NCBI GenBank assembly: GCA_021817985.1
Contig: JAKAFK010000003.1
Location: 7,136-71,135 of the forward strand
DNA: 64,000 nt
DNA from: Pseudomonadota bacterium
GTDB taxonomy: Bacteria; Pseudomonadota; Gammaproteobacteria; Burkholderiales; JAKAFK01
Direction of reading: 5' to 3'
Shown here: piece by piece, positions 9,625 through 19,170 of the stretch
Position numbering within the stretch: position 1 is the stretch's first letter
Layout: each line of letters opens with the position of its first letter
Translations under genes and position numbers: made by a program
Notes under the pieces: model-generated
Told to the model about the DNA's origin: nothing
The model's input: only the letters and a program-made list of their open reading frames with translations
The model's database searches: none

Positions 9625-10416
9625 TCATCCGCGCGGGGCGGCCAGCCGCACCACCTCCAGCATCATCCCCACGGCATCCCGCCAGAAGCGCTCCACCAAC
9701 GGCAAGGCGAACGGCAGCGTGAGGTACAGGATGGCAAATCCTGCCGCCAGCGTGATCGGGAAGCCGACGGAAAAGATGTTGACTTGCGGTGCGGCCCGCG
9801 TCATGACGCCGATGGCGAGGTTGGTGATGAGGAGCGTCGCGACGACGGGCAGGGACAGCCAGGCGGCGGCCAGGAATATGTCCGCCCCCCATTGTCCGAG
9901 CAGGTGCCAGCCCTCCCCTGACAACACGGTGGCGGAGACCGGCAGCAGGTGAAAGCTCTCGGCCAGCGCGGACAGCACCATCAAGTGCCCGTTGAACGAG
10001 AAGAAGACCAGAATGGCGAAAAGATTGGTAAATTCGCCCAGCACCGGAACCTGTGCGGCGTTCTGCGGATCCATCAGGGTGGCAAAGCCCAACCCCATCT
10101 GCAGGCCGATATACTGGCCCGCGGTCTCCACGCCGGCCAGGACCACGCGCAAAACGAGCCCCATGGCCGTCCCAATCACGATCTGCTGCATCAGAATGAG
10201 AAGCCCGGCGGCCGATCCCGGGTCCACCGCCGGGAAGGGGCCCAGCGTGGGGGAAAGCACGAACGCGATGAGAAGCGAGAGGCCGATCTTCACGCGTGCC
10301 GGCACTGAGGGGCTGCCGATAATGGGGTCGGTCGAGAACAGGGCGATGATGCGGGCGAAGGGCCAAGCGTATGCGGCGAGCCACGCGGCAAGCTGCGCCG
10401 AGGTCACGGTGATCAC
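9625..10416 (-). CDS. fliR: Flagellar export protein FliR
   Basis: Hydrophobic; AGQYIGLQMGLGFATLMDP, RAAPQVNIFSVGFP. Confidence 0.95.
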   Translation of the reverse strand: MITVTSAQLAAWLAAYAWPFARIIALFSTDPIIGSPSVPARVKIGLSLLIAFVLSPTLGPFPAVDPGSAAGLLILMQQIVIGTAMGLVLRVVLAGVETAGQYIGLQMGLGFATLMDPQNAAQVPVLGEFTNLFAILVFFSFNGHLMVLSALAESFHLLPVSATVLSGEGWHLLGQWGADIFLAAAWLSLPVVATLLITNLAIGVMTRAAPQVNIFSVGFPITLAAGFAILYLTLPFALPLVERFWRDAVGMMLEVVRLAAPRG

Positions 10417-10438
10417 GTGCGTCGCCTTCAGCCCAGGA

Positions 10439-10708
10439 TTATCCCACCATGCCGGGAATACTCCGGAACAACTGCACGGTGTAGTCGACGAGTTCCTGAA
10501 TCATCCAGGGGCCCGCCAGAACGACGATCGCGAACGTGACGAGGAGCTTGGGGATGAACGTCAGGGTCATCTCGTTGATCTGTGTGGCCGCCTGGAAAAT
10601 GCTGACCAGCAGACCCGTTGCGAGCCCCCCCAGGAGCATCGGCGCAGAGACCAGGAACGCGATCCACAGGGCATGCTGGGCGATGCCTACGACCGATTCG
10701 GGCGTCAT
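10439..10708 (-). CDS. fliQ: Flagellar export protein FliQ
   Basis: GLLVSIFQAATQINEMTLTFIPK. Confidence 0.97.
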   Translation of the reverse strand: MTPESVVGIAQHALWIAFLVSAPMLLGGLATGLLVSIFQAATQINEMTLTFIPKLLVTFAIVVLAGPWMIQELVDYTVQLFRSIPGMVG

Positions 10709-10728
10709 GCGGAGTTCCTTCCTTTATT

Positions 10729-11535
10729 TTATGTATAAAAGCTGTGCACCAGGGAGCCGATCAGCAGATTCCATCCGTCCACCAGAACAAACAGCATCAG
10801 CTTGAAGGGCAGCGAAATCGTCACCGGGGACAGCATCATCATGCCCATCGACATCAGCACGCTGGCGACCACCATGTCGATGATCAGGAAGGGAATGAAG
10901 ATCACGAAGCCGATCTGGAACGCGGTCTTCAGTTCGCTGATCACGTAAGCGGGCACCAGCACCATCATGCTGATGTCCGACGGCGTATTGGGGCGCGGGC
11001 TCCGGGAGAGCTTCAGAAACAAAGCCAGGTCCTCCTGGCGCGTCTGACGGAGCATGAAGGCCTTGAGCGGGACCTCGCCTTGGGCCAACGCCTGCTGCGC
11101 GGTGATCTTATCTTGCGAGTAGGGCGCATAGGCCTGCGTGTAGATCTTGTTGAACACGGGCCCCATGACGAAGAAGGTGAGGAAAAGCGCAAGCCCGATC
11201 AACACCTGGTTGGGCGGGGTCGTGGCAGTCCCCAATGCTTGACGCAGCAAGGAAAGAACGATGATGATGCGCGTGAAGGATGTCATCATCAGGAGCACCG
11301 CCGGCAGGAAGGTGAGCCCCGTGAGGAAGAGCAGGGTCTGGATGCTGATGCTGTAGCTGTGCCCGCCCCCGGGCAGAGGCACGCTCGAGAAGGCGGGGAG
11401 GCCCGGCTGCGCCAGGGCATGCTGCGGCACCAGCGCCAAGGTAGTCAATACGCACAACAGCGCCACACGTGCGCCTGTCCTCGGAAGCCGGGCCTCAATG
11501 CGCCGCAGGATTCCTGATGATGCCTTGTCACCCAC
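10729..11535 (-). CDS. fliP: Flagellar export protein FliP
   Basis: [62 protein letters not shown]; start uncertain. Confidence 0.96.
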   Translation of the reverse strand: MGDKASSGILRRIEARLPRTGARVALLCVLTTLALVPQHALAQPGLPAFSSVPLPGGGHSYSISIQTLLFLTGLTFLPAVLLMMTSFTRIIIVLSLLRQALGTATTPPNQVLIGLALFLTFFVMGPVFNKIYTQAYAPYSQDKITAQQALAQGEVPLKAFMLRQTRQEDLALFLKLSRSPRPNTPSDISMMVLVPAYVISELKTAFQIGFVIFIPFLIIDMVVASVLMSMGMMMLSPVTISLPFKLMLFVLVDGWNLLIGSLVHSFYT

Positions 11536-11986
11536 TATGCCTTCCTTGCAGGGCTCGCTTGAGCCAGGCCGGAAACGCCCCTTCTGGCTGCGCAGACGGT
11601 TCGGCCTCGAATTCCTTGGGCTTGGGCAAGGTATAGAGCGCGTTCACCCGGCCGGGAGCGACGCCCAGCACGAGCCAGGTCTCCCCGATCTCGATCAGCA
11701 CCACGCGTTCCTTCGGCCCGACCAGCAAGCCGCCGACGACCCTCAGCGCGCCGCCCGCCCATTTCTGGCCGGGCACGAAGCGCTTGAGCACCCATGCGGT
11801 TCCCACGATCGCGGCCAGGACGATGACCAGTCCCGCCAGCACTTGCAGGGCCCCTATGGCCGACACGGCCGGTGCAGCGGCGCCCACCGGAGAGGCCAGG
11901 GCGAACCGCGTCCATCCCGCGGCTGCCAGCCCTGCGCCCAGGCGTCCGGCGGTGCGGCATGCCGCCCGCTGTCGTCCGTGCATCAT
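11528..11986 (-). CDS. fliO: Flagellar protein FliO
   Basis: C-terminal part of ORF 11528-12376; one TM segment then [21 protein letters not shown]; ATGA overlap with fliN stop. Confidence 0.88.
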   Translation of the reverse strand: MMHGRQRAACRTAGRLGAGLAAAGWTRFALASPVGAAAPAVSAIGALQVLAGLVIVLAAIVGTAWVLKRFVPGQKWAGGALRVVGGLLVGPKERVVLIEIGETWLVLGVAPGRVNALYTLPKPKEFEAEPSAQPEGAFPAWLKRALQGRHSG

Positions 11987-12459
11987 CGGTGCAGCTTGCG
12001 CAGCCGCTCCGATGGCGTAATGATGTCGGTCAAACGAATGCCAAACTTGTCGTTGACCACCACCACTTCGCCTTGGGCGATCAGGGTTCCGTTGACGAGC
12101 ACGTCCATGGGTTCGCCGGCCAAGCAGTCCAATTCCACGACCGATCCCTGGGCAAGCTGCAGCAGACTGCGAATCGCGATCTTGGTGCGTCCCAGCTCCA
12201 CGGTCAGCTGCACCGGGATGTCGAGGATCATGTCCAGGTTGTTGGGCGCCGTGCCCGGCACGGGTTCCGGCGTCAGGGGCTCGAAAATCTGCGCAGGCGC
12301 CGGATTGGCTCTCGCTTGCGGCACGTCCGCGGCCGGCTGATCGGTGGCACCTTGCTCTGCGAGGGCGGCGGCCCAATCGTCGTCCGTCGTTCCGCCCGCC
12401 TGGTCGGCCACCGCCGCCGCCCAGTCGTCAGCGCTGATCTGGCCTTTGTCGTCAGCCAT
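11983..12459 (-). CDS. fliN: Flagellar motor switch protein FliN
   Basis: LDIPVQLTVELGRTKI..LLQLAQGSVVELD..AGEPMDVLVNG. Confidence 0.97.
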   Translation of the reverse strand: MADDKGQISADDWAAAVADQAGGTTDDDWAAALAEQGATDQPAADVPQARANPAPAQIFEPLTPEPVPGTAPNNLDMILDIPVQLTVELGRTKIAIRSLLQLAQGSVVELDCLAGEPMDVLVNGTLIAQGEVVVVNDKFGIRLTDIITPSERLRKLHR

Positions 12460-13453
12460 TCTTGCCCCCCTGGATGGGCGCCTCGCTGTCCGCCGTCAGC
12501 ACTTTCTTGACCTTGAGGGCATATTGGCCGTTCATGACCCCATAGTGGCACTCGAGAAGGGGGATGCCGTCCACTTCGGCCACGATGGCCTCAGGAATAT
12601 CAAGCGAGATCACGTCGCCGACCTTGAGATTAAGAATTTGACCCAGCGTGATCGGCGCCTGGCTCAACGTCGCGACGAGGTCGACTTCGGCGCTTTGGAC
12701 CTGCCGGCCCATCAGCGTCACCCAGCGCTCGTCCACTTCGGTGCGATCCGCTTGCATCGTGCTGTTGAGAAGATCACGAACCGGCTCGATCATAGCATAG
12801 GGCATGCAGACATGGAAATCGCCCCCCCCGGTACCCAATTCGATATTGAAAGTGGTCGTGACCACCACTTCGGTCGGCGTGGCGATGTTCGCGAACTGGG
12901 TATTCATTTCCGAGCGGATGTATTCGAACTGGACGCGATAGATCGGTTCCCAGGACTTCTGATATTCCTCGAACGCCACCGCCAGCAGCCGCTGGATGAT
13001 GCGCTGCTCGGTCGGCGTGAAGTCCCGCCCCTCCACCCGCATGTGGAAGCGGCCATCGCCGCCGAACAGGCTGTCGACGACAAGGAACACCAAGTTGGGA
13101 TCAAAGATGAACAGGCCCGTACCCCGGAGCGGATGCGCGTGCACCAGGTTCAGGTTGGTCGGAACAACCAGGTTGCGCACGAAGTCGCTGTATTTCTGCA
13201 CCCGCACCGGACCCACGGAAATCTCGGCATTGCGTCGCAGGAAATTGAACAGGCCGATGCGAAACAGCCGCGCGAACCGCTCGTTGATGAGCTCGAGCGT
13301 CGGCATGCGGCCGCGAACGATGCGTTCCTGCCGGCCGATATCATAGGCACGGACGCCGGCTTGGTCCGTAGGGGCGGCGGCTTCTTCAGCCTCGCCCGTC
13401 ACGCCCCGCAGGAGGGCGTCGACTTCCTCTTGTGAAAGGATATCGTCCGACAC
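12452..13453 (-). CDS. fliM: Flagellar motor switch protein FliM
   Basis: N-terminal CheY-binding LSQEEVDALL; RGRMPTLELINERFAR. Confidence 0.97.
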   Translation of the reverse strand: MSDDILSQEEVDALLRGVTGEAEEAAAPTDQAGVRAYDIGRQERIVRGRMPTLELINERFARLFRIGLFNFLRRNAEISVGPVRVQKYSDFVRNLVVPTNLNLVHAHPLRGTGLFIFDPNLVFLVVDSLFGGDGRFHMRVEGRDFTPTEQRIIQRLLAVAFEEYQKSWEPIYRVQFEYIRSEMNTQFANIATPTEVVVTTTFNIELGTGGGDFHVCMPYAMIEPVRDLLNSTMQADRTEVDERWVTLMGRQVQSAEVDLVATLSQAPITLGQILNLKVGDVISLDIPEAIVAEVDGIPLLECHYGVMNGQYALKVKKVLTADSEAPIQGGKNG

Positions 13454-13463
13454 GACGGTGTGT

Positions 13464-13958
13464 TTACTGGATCACGAAGTTGGTGAAAAGCACGTCCGTC
13501 ACCCCTTGGGACGGACCGCGCGCCCCCAGGATCTGATTGACAGCCCCCTTGATTTGATCGGCCAGCTGTTTGGTCCCGTTCGGTGTCGCGAGGTCGGAGG
13601 CACGCTTGCTGCGCATGATCTGCAAGATGGCATTGCGCACTTCCGGCATGCGGGTCGAGATATCGTCCCCAACCTTTGCGTCCGCGATCTGCAGCGTGAT
13701 GTCCGCCTGCAGATAGTGGGCATCGGGACCCGCCAGATTGGTCGTGAAGGTATTAAGGCGCTGAAAGATGGGCGGCTGCGCCTTGGCCGCCTGCGGCTTG
13801 GCGCTTGGGTGGTAGACGAGGAAATACCAAGCCGCCGCGCCACCGCCGCCCAGCAGCAGCAGGACGATCAGCACGACAAGGAAGCCCCCTTTCTTCTTCT
13901 TCGGCGCCTGTTCGGGCTCCTTGATCTCCGGTGCCGGCTTGACATTTGCCTTCGCCAT
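13464..13958 (-). CDS. fliL: Flagellar basal-body protein FliL
   Basis: KKKK-TM-GGGG N-terminus; FTTNLAG, YLQADITL, VTDVLFTNFVIQ. Confidence 0.93.
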   Translation of the reverse strand: MAKANVKPAPEIKEPEQAPKKKKGGFLVVLIVLLLLGGGGAAAWYFLVYHPSAKPQAAKAQPPIFQRLNTFTTNLAGPDAHYLQADITLQIADAKVGDDISTRMPEVRNAILQIMRSKRASDLATPNGTKQLADQIKGAVNQILGARGPSQGVTDVLFTNFVIQ

Positions 13959-14030
13959 CTTCTCGCCCTCCCAATGACGATGTCTTATATTAAGGCAGCG
14001 CGCCGGTTCATGCCATACCCCTCATTCAGC

Positions 14031-14063
14031 CGCAGACAGCACGCCACAATCCCTGATTGTGGC
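14031..14063 (-). promoter_or_regulatory. Candidate weak sigma54 promoter and perfect 8-bp inverted repeat upstream of fliL
   Basis: Minus strand TGGCGT-GCTGT-CTGCG (GG-N10-GC, 14046-14031); GCCACAAT-CCCTG-ATTGTGGC (14043-14063) in an AT-rich gap. Confidence 0.3.
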
Positions 14064-14411
14064 TTTATAACTCAGAACAAATTTAAAAACAAGCATTTTC
14101 GCAGGACTTTTGACGTTCTTTGTGATTTGAGGAAATCACCGCCGACAGCGCGCTTCAGGCGGTGCGAAGGCGCGCTCAGGAGGGCGCGAGAAGGGCTACG
14201 GGGTAAGCGGAAGCGTCTGAGGCCGCCCTGTCGCCCCGTCGGCGCGGAGGAATCGGGGAAGCACCGGAGGTCTAAGGGCGGCCGATCGCATTCGAGCGCG
14301 GACGCCAAACGGCAGAACGACAGGCCACAGCCTGCCGATGCGGGAGGAAAGAAGCAACGCGGCGGCCGGCGGCGCAACAGGCGCGCCGCGGAGACCGCCA
14401 GGGGCCATTCG

Positions 14412-15602
14412 TCAGGCGAACAGGTCCACCATCCCCGTGCCTCCATGGACCTTCACGCCGGCGGTTTGCGCGGTCAGGCCGGCACCCTGCGGCTCGGCCC
14501 AATCGCCCGCGTGCGCGCTCCGGCCGCCATGGCCGAAGGATTGCTGCGACGAGGATTGCGAGCCAACACTCACGTTGCCGAGCGCAATGCCGCTCTGGGC
14601 CAGGGACTCCCGAAGTTGCGGAAGCGCCGACTGGATCGCCTCGCGCACCGCCGGGTGGTCGGCCACGAAAACCGCGTTCGCCTGGTCATTGGACAGGGTC
14701 AACTGGACTTCGATAGGCCCCAAATGCGGCGGATTGAGGTGCAACGAGGCACTCTGCTGGGACTGGCCCGCCATCCACACCACCCGCTCTCCCAGCGCAT
14801 TGCCCCATGCCGGGGAACTCACCGGCTGGTCGATCGTCAATGTGGCGGGCGCACCCGCCCCGTGCCCGTCCGCGCCTTTCGAGGCGCTCGCCGACACCTG
14901 CTGGGGCGGCATACCCGGGACTCCCGCGGCTGCGTTCGCGGACGCAGCCGCGGCGGCGGTGCCCGATGGGTCGCCCTGAAGCGCCTGCGGATCCATAGGG
15001 GTCGCCCCATCGGCGCGGTTCGCGACTGAGGCGAGCGTACTCGTCGCAGCCGCCTGAGCATGCTCGCCCGCATCGAACGTGCGCGAGGCGATGCGCGTGC
15101 CCAGCGGCGTCGCCGTCACGCCCAGTACCGGTGCAGCCACCGCCGACGCATCCGGCGGCGTTGCCGCAACCTGGGGCGGCAACGCATCCTTGCCGGGTGC
15201 GGCAACTTTTGCCTGCGCGCCCGCATCATGCGCCGTGCGCAGCGCATAGAGCGCGGCCACACTCTGGGGCCCCGGCGCGGCCGCCTTTGCCCCGCCTTTC
15301 GGCGTCTGGACCGCCACAAGCGGCACGCTCCCCGCAGCGGCCAGAACGGCCTGCGCGGCCGCGCCGTCACCCGGCGCCGTGCTTGCTGCCGCCTCGTTGT
15401 TCTTGCTCCCCTTTTTGGCCCCGCCCAGTTTACGCACCTGCTCGGCAAGCGCTGCGTGGAAACTCGCAGCCGGCGGCGAGGCGCCCGCATCTGCCCCCTG
15501 CGGCTGCTGCGCCGCTTCGGCGGGAACGGATTTGGCGGCCCCCCCCGCGGGCGCGGACGCAGGCGGCATACTCGGGGCGACGGGAACAGGGGGCATCGGC
15601 AT
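14412..15602 (-). CDS. fliK: Flagellar hook-length control protein FliK
   Basis: Ala/Pro-rich N-region; C-domain WGNALGERVVWM, LHLNPPHLGPIEV, LPQLRESLAQSGIALG, VDLFA; start behind AAGGA. Confidence 0.92.
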   Translation of the reverse strand: MPMPPVPVAPSMPPASAPAGGAAKSVPAEAAQQPQGADAGASPPAASFHAALAEQVRKLGGAKKGSKNNEAAASTAPGDGAAAQAVLAAAGSVPLVAVQTPKGGAKAAAPGPQSVAALYALRTAHDAGAQAKVAAPGKDALPPQVAATPPDASAVAAPVLGVTATPLGTRIASRTFDAGEHAQAAATSTLASVANRADGATPMDPQALQGDPSGTAAAAASANAAAGVPGMPPQQVSASASKGADGHGAGAPATLTIDQPVSSPAWGNALGERVVWMAGQSQQSASLHLNPPHLGPIEVQLTLSNDQANAVFVADHPAVREAIQSALPQLRESLAQSGIALGNVSVGSQSSSQQSFGHGGRSAHAGDWAEPQGAGLTAQTAGVKVHGGTGMVDLFA

Positions 15603-15657
15603 GGCGCATTCCTTATCAATGGCGGCTATCCCAACGATAAGCAAACCTTGTGCCAGA

Positions 15658-16116
15658 TCAGTCCTCCTCCTGCCGTTCACGGGTCGCGACGAAGGATTTC
15701 TCGGCGAGTTCATCGAGCATGCGCTGCTCGCGCCGCATCTCGGCCTTGAGCTGCCGCGCCGCATGGCGCCGGGCCAGCGTCTCCAGGGCGTCGAGTTGGC
15801 GTTTCTTGAGGCGCCAGTGCGCGGCACCTTCCTCCCACCGCGCCTTCGCACGCTCGGCGTCGCTTCGCTGCTGCGAAAGCGCGGTGTCCAGCTTCCCCAG
15901 GAAGGCACGGAAGTCACGCATCAGCGCGACGGGCATCCCCGCCTGGGAGAGTTGCCGCAATTTCCCCTGATATTCCGCGTGGTAAACGAGGATCTGCCCC
16001 AATTTCGCTTCCTGGGCGTCCCATTGGAGCTTGCGCGCCTGCAGATCGCGCGCGGCCGCATCCAACTGGTTGCGGGCAAGCTCGATCAGGGGGTGAAGGT
16101 GAAACTGGCCGGTCAT
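15658..16116 (-). CDS. fliJ: Flagellar export chaperone FliJ
   Basis: Coiled-coil, RREQRMLDE C-terminal motif; lies between fliI and fliK. Confidence 0.9.
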   Translation of the reverse strand: MTGQFHLHPLIELARNQLDAAARDLQARKLQWDAQEAKLGQILVYHAEYQGKLRQLSQAGMPVALMRDFRAFLGKLDTALSQQRSDAERAKARWEEGAAHWRLKKRQLDALETLARRHAARQLKAEMRREQRMLDELAEKSFVATRERQEED

Positions 16117-16154
16117 GGATCGGCATCTCCGCGCATGCCCGCTGGGGCGTCACG

Positions 16155-17549
16155 TCATCCCAGCGCTGCCTTGAGGCCGCGGCGGCTCGCCGCGTAATCC
16201 TCGCGCTCCATCATATCTTGTGCGAGAAACGCCTCCAGCCGGGGGTAAAGCGACACGGCTTCGTCGAGGGCCGGATCCGCGCCGCGCACGTAAGCCCCCA
16301 CGGAAATGAGATCGCGCGAGCGCTGGTAGCGCGCATAGAGTGCCTTGAAGCGGCGCACGAGCGCCAATTCCTCCGCCGACAACAGGTCCGTGAGGGTTCG
16401 GCTGATCGAGGCCTCGATATCGATGGCCGGATAATGCCCCTGGTCGGCCAGCTGCCGGGACAATACGATGTGTCCATCGAGGATGGCCCTCGCACTGTCC
16501 GCAATCGGATCCTGCTGATCATCCCCTTCCGTGAGGACGGTGTAGAAGGCCGTGATGGACCCTCCCCCCGCCCGCCCGTTGCCCGCCCGTTCCACCAGTT
16601 GTGGCAGCTTGGCAAAGACCGAAGGGGGATATCCCTTGGTCGCAGGCGGCTCGCCGATGGCCAGCGCGATCTCTCGTTGCGCCATGGCATACCGCGTCAG
16701 CGAATCCATGATCAAGAGCACGTGCTTGCCCTGCTCACGGAAGTATTCGGCGATGGTCGTCGCGTACGCGGCACCATGCAGCCGCAGCAGCGGCGGCGTA
16801 TCGGCCGGCGCCGCGACGACCACGGAACGCGCAAGGCCTTCCGCCCCGAGGATGTTCTCGATGAATTCCTTGACTTCCCGCCCCCGTTCGCCGATCAAGC
16901 CCACTACCACGACGTCGGCACCCGTATAACGCGCCATCATCCCGAGCAGGATACTCTTGCCCACCCCGCTGCCGGCAAAGAGCCCGACGCGTTGCCCCCG
17001 TCCGACGGTCAAAAGCGCGTTGATCGCACGCACCCCTACGTCCAGCACATGATCAATCGGCGAGCGATCGAGCGGGTTGACCGGCCGACTTTGGAGAGGC
17101 AGTCGATGCTCGAGAGTCAACGGGCCCTTCTTGTCGAGTATCCGCCCCGCGCCATCCAGCACCCGCCCCAACAGCGCATCGCCCACGCACACCTGCTTGG
17201 CATGATCCTCCGCGCGGCGCCGCGGAATGTAGGCGGATCCGAGCTGCGGCGCCGCATGGCCGGCCGCCTCGACGGGAATCACGGCCGCCCCGGGCACGAG
17301 CCCGTAGGTGTCGGTCGAGGGCATCAGGAACAACCGGTCGCCTGAAAAGCCGACCACCTCGGCCTCGACCCGCTGCGCCCCCGGCAAATAGACCACGCAG
17401 CCGGTTCCCACTGCAAGCTTGAGCCCCACCGCCTCCATCACCAGGCCCGCCACACGGGTCAGGCGCCCGCTGACCAGAAACGGGTTCGCGGTTCCAAGGG
17501 CCTTCGAACAGTCCTGCAGGTAGGCGCTTAGCCGGCGATTCGCACTCAC
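16155..17549 (-). CDS. fliI: Flagellar export ATPase FliI
   Basis: [11 protein letters not shown] Walker [27 protein letters not shown]. Confidence 0.97.
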   Translation of the reverse strand: MSANRRLSAYLQDCSKALGTANPFLVSGRLTRVAGLVMEAVGLKLAVGTGCVVYLPGAQRVEAEVVGFSGDRLFLMPSTDTYGLVPGAAVIPVEAAGHAAPQLGSAYIPRRRAEDHAKQVCVGDALLGRVLDGAGRILDKKGPLTLEHRLPLQSRPVNPLDRSPIDHVLDVGVRAINALLTVGRGQRVGLFAGSGVGKSILLGMMARYTGADVVVVGLIGERGREVKEFIENILGAEGLARSVVVAAPADTPPLLRLHGAAYATTIAEYFREQGKHVLLIMDSLTRYAMAQREIALAIGEPPATKGYPPSVFAKLPQLVERAGNGRAGGGSITAFYTVLTEGDDQQDPIADSARAILDGHIVLSRQLADQGHYPAIDIEASISRTLTDLLSAEELALVRRFKALYARYQRSRDLISVGAYVRGADPALDEAVSLYPRLEAFLAQDMMEREDYAASRRGLKAALG

Positions 17550-17552
17550 GGG

Positions 17553-18182
17553 CTACTCCAGCCAGTCGACATCGAGCCCGAGGGTTGCAACGAGCTGTTT
17601 CCAGCGCGTCTCGATCGTCGCGTCGACTTCGCAATGCATCGCCTCGACGCGACACCCGCCCGGCGACAGGCGGGCATCCTCGATCACCTTGCAGCCCAAA
17701 GCGGCCAGTTCGGCCTCCAGCTGCGCCCGCACCAGCGCGGCATCGTCCGGGCGCACGAACAGGCGCAGCGAATGGCCGGCGTGCGGCAGGGCATTGAGGG
17801 CCTCCCGCACGACCGGCAGCAGGGCGTCGGGCTTGACCTTGAGGCTGCCGCGAAACAGGTGCCGCGCCAGCTCCAGGCCCAGCACCACCACGTCGCGCGC
17901 AATGTCCTCCTCCATTTGCGCCAAGGACTCTCGTGCCTGGGCCAGAATCCGGCCGAGGGCCTGCGCATCGCGGCGTCCGTTCTCGAGTCCCTCGCGGTAA
18001 CCCGCGTTCAGCCCCTCCTCGCGGGCCTGGGCATGAATGCGCTCGATCTCCTCGGCAGTCGGCAAGGACACCAGCTCCTCCGGCGCTCCGGCCACTTGCG
18101 GCCGCTCGGATTCGTTGAGCGAGCCCAGTTCCCATCGCTGGTAGGCGCTCAACTGCTCCTTGGGAATGATCTTACTCGACAA
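17553..18182 (-). CDS. fliH: Flagellar assembly protein FliH
   Basis: SKIIPKEQLSAYQRWELGSL, AREEGLNAGYREG, PGGCRVE; TTG start behind GAGGAAGG chosen (ORF extends to 18206). Confidence 0.92.
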   Translation of the reverse strand: MSSKIIPKEQLSAYQRWELGSLNESERPQVAGAPEELVSLPTAEEIERIHAQAREEGLNAGYREGLENGRRDAQALGRILAQARESLAQMEEDIARDVVVLGLELARHLFRGSLKVKPDALLPVVREALNALPHAGHSLRLFVRPDDAALVRAQLEAELAALGCKVIEDARLSPGGCRVEAMHCEVDATIETRWKQLVATLGLDVDWLE

Positions 18183-19170
18183 GACCTTCCTCTCCCCTGC
18201 CGGCAAGGATGATCTGGCCGCCCTCGGCTAGCCTGCGCACGATCTTGAGGATTTCCTTCTGCTCCGCTTCCACTTCGGACAGGCGCACCGCTCCCTTGGC
18301 CTCCAGGTCGTCGCGCAGCATCTCGGCGGCGCGCTGCGACATGTTCTTGAAGATCTTCTCCCGCAGCTCGGGACTCGTGCCCTTGAGGGCGACGATGAGC
18401 GACTCGGACTGCACCTCCCGCAGCAAGAGCTGGATCGAGCGGTCGTCCAGATCGAGGAGGTTCTCGAACACGAACATTTCGTCCTGAATGCGCTGGGCAA
18501 GGTCAGGATCATAGTCCTTGATCGCGGAGATGACCGTCCCCTCCTCGCTCGTCCCCATGAAGTTGAGGATCTCGGCCGCCGTGCGCACCCCGCCCATCGC
18601 GCTCTTCTTGACCTTGTCGCCGCCCGTCAGCAGTTTCGTCAGCACGTCGTTGAGCTCGCGCAGGGCAGCCGGCTGGACGCCTTCCAGCGTCGCGATGCGC
18701 AAAATGACATCGTTGCGCAGCCGCTCCGGGAAAAAACCCAGCACCTCGCTGGCCTGATCCCGGTCCAGATGGACGAGGATGGTGGCGATGATCTGGGGAT
18801 GCTCGCTCTTGATCAGCTCGGCCACCGACCCGGAGTCCATCCATTTGAGGCCTTCGATGCCGCTGGTGTCCCCGCCGTGCAGGATGCGATCGATCAGGTT
18901 GGCGGCCTTGTCGTTGCCCAGCGCCTTGGTCAGCACCTTGCGGATATAGTCGTCCGAGGCCATCCCCAGCGTCGTCTGCTCCTCCGCCTTGTCGCGGAAT
19001 TCCGACAGCACCTCTTCCACCTGGTCGCGCGTCACGTTGGCGAGCGCCGCCATCGCCGTCCCGAGCTTCTGCACTTCGCGCGGCCCCAGGTACTTGAAGA
19101 CCTCCACCGCCTCTTCCTCGCCCAGGGACATGAGGAGGATCGCGCTCTTTTGAATGCCGTCCTGGCTCAT
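18172..19170 (-). CDS. fliG: Flagellar motor switch protein FliG
   Basis: KSAILLMSLG, EHPQIIATIL, MFVFENL, NMSQRAAEML. Confidence 0.97.
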   Translation of the reverse strand: MSQDGIQKSAILLMSLGEEEAVEVFKYLGPREVQKLGTAMAALANVTRDQVEEVLSEFRDKAEEQTTLGMASDDYIRKVLTKALGNDKAANLIDRILHGGDTSGIEGLKWMDSGSVAELIKSEHPQIIATILVHLDRDQASEVLGFFPERLRNDVILRIATLEGVQPAALRELNDVLTKLLTGGDKVKKSAMGGVRTAAEILNFMGTSEEGTVISAIKDYDPDLAQRIQDEMFVFENLLDLDDRSIQLLLREVQSESLIVALKGTSPELREKIFKNMSQRAAEMLRDDLEAKGAVRLSEVEAEQKEILKIVRRLAEGGQIILAGRGEEGLVE

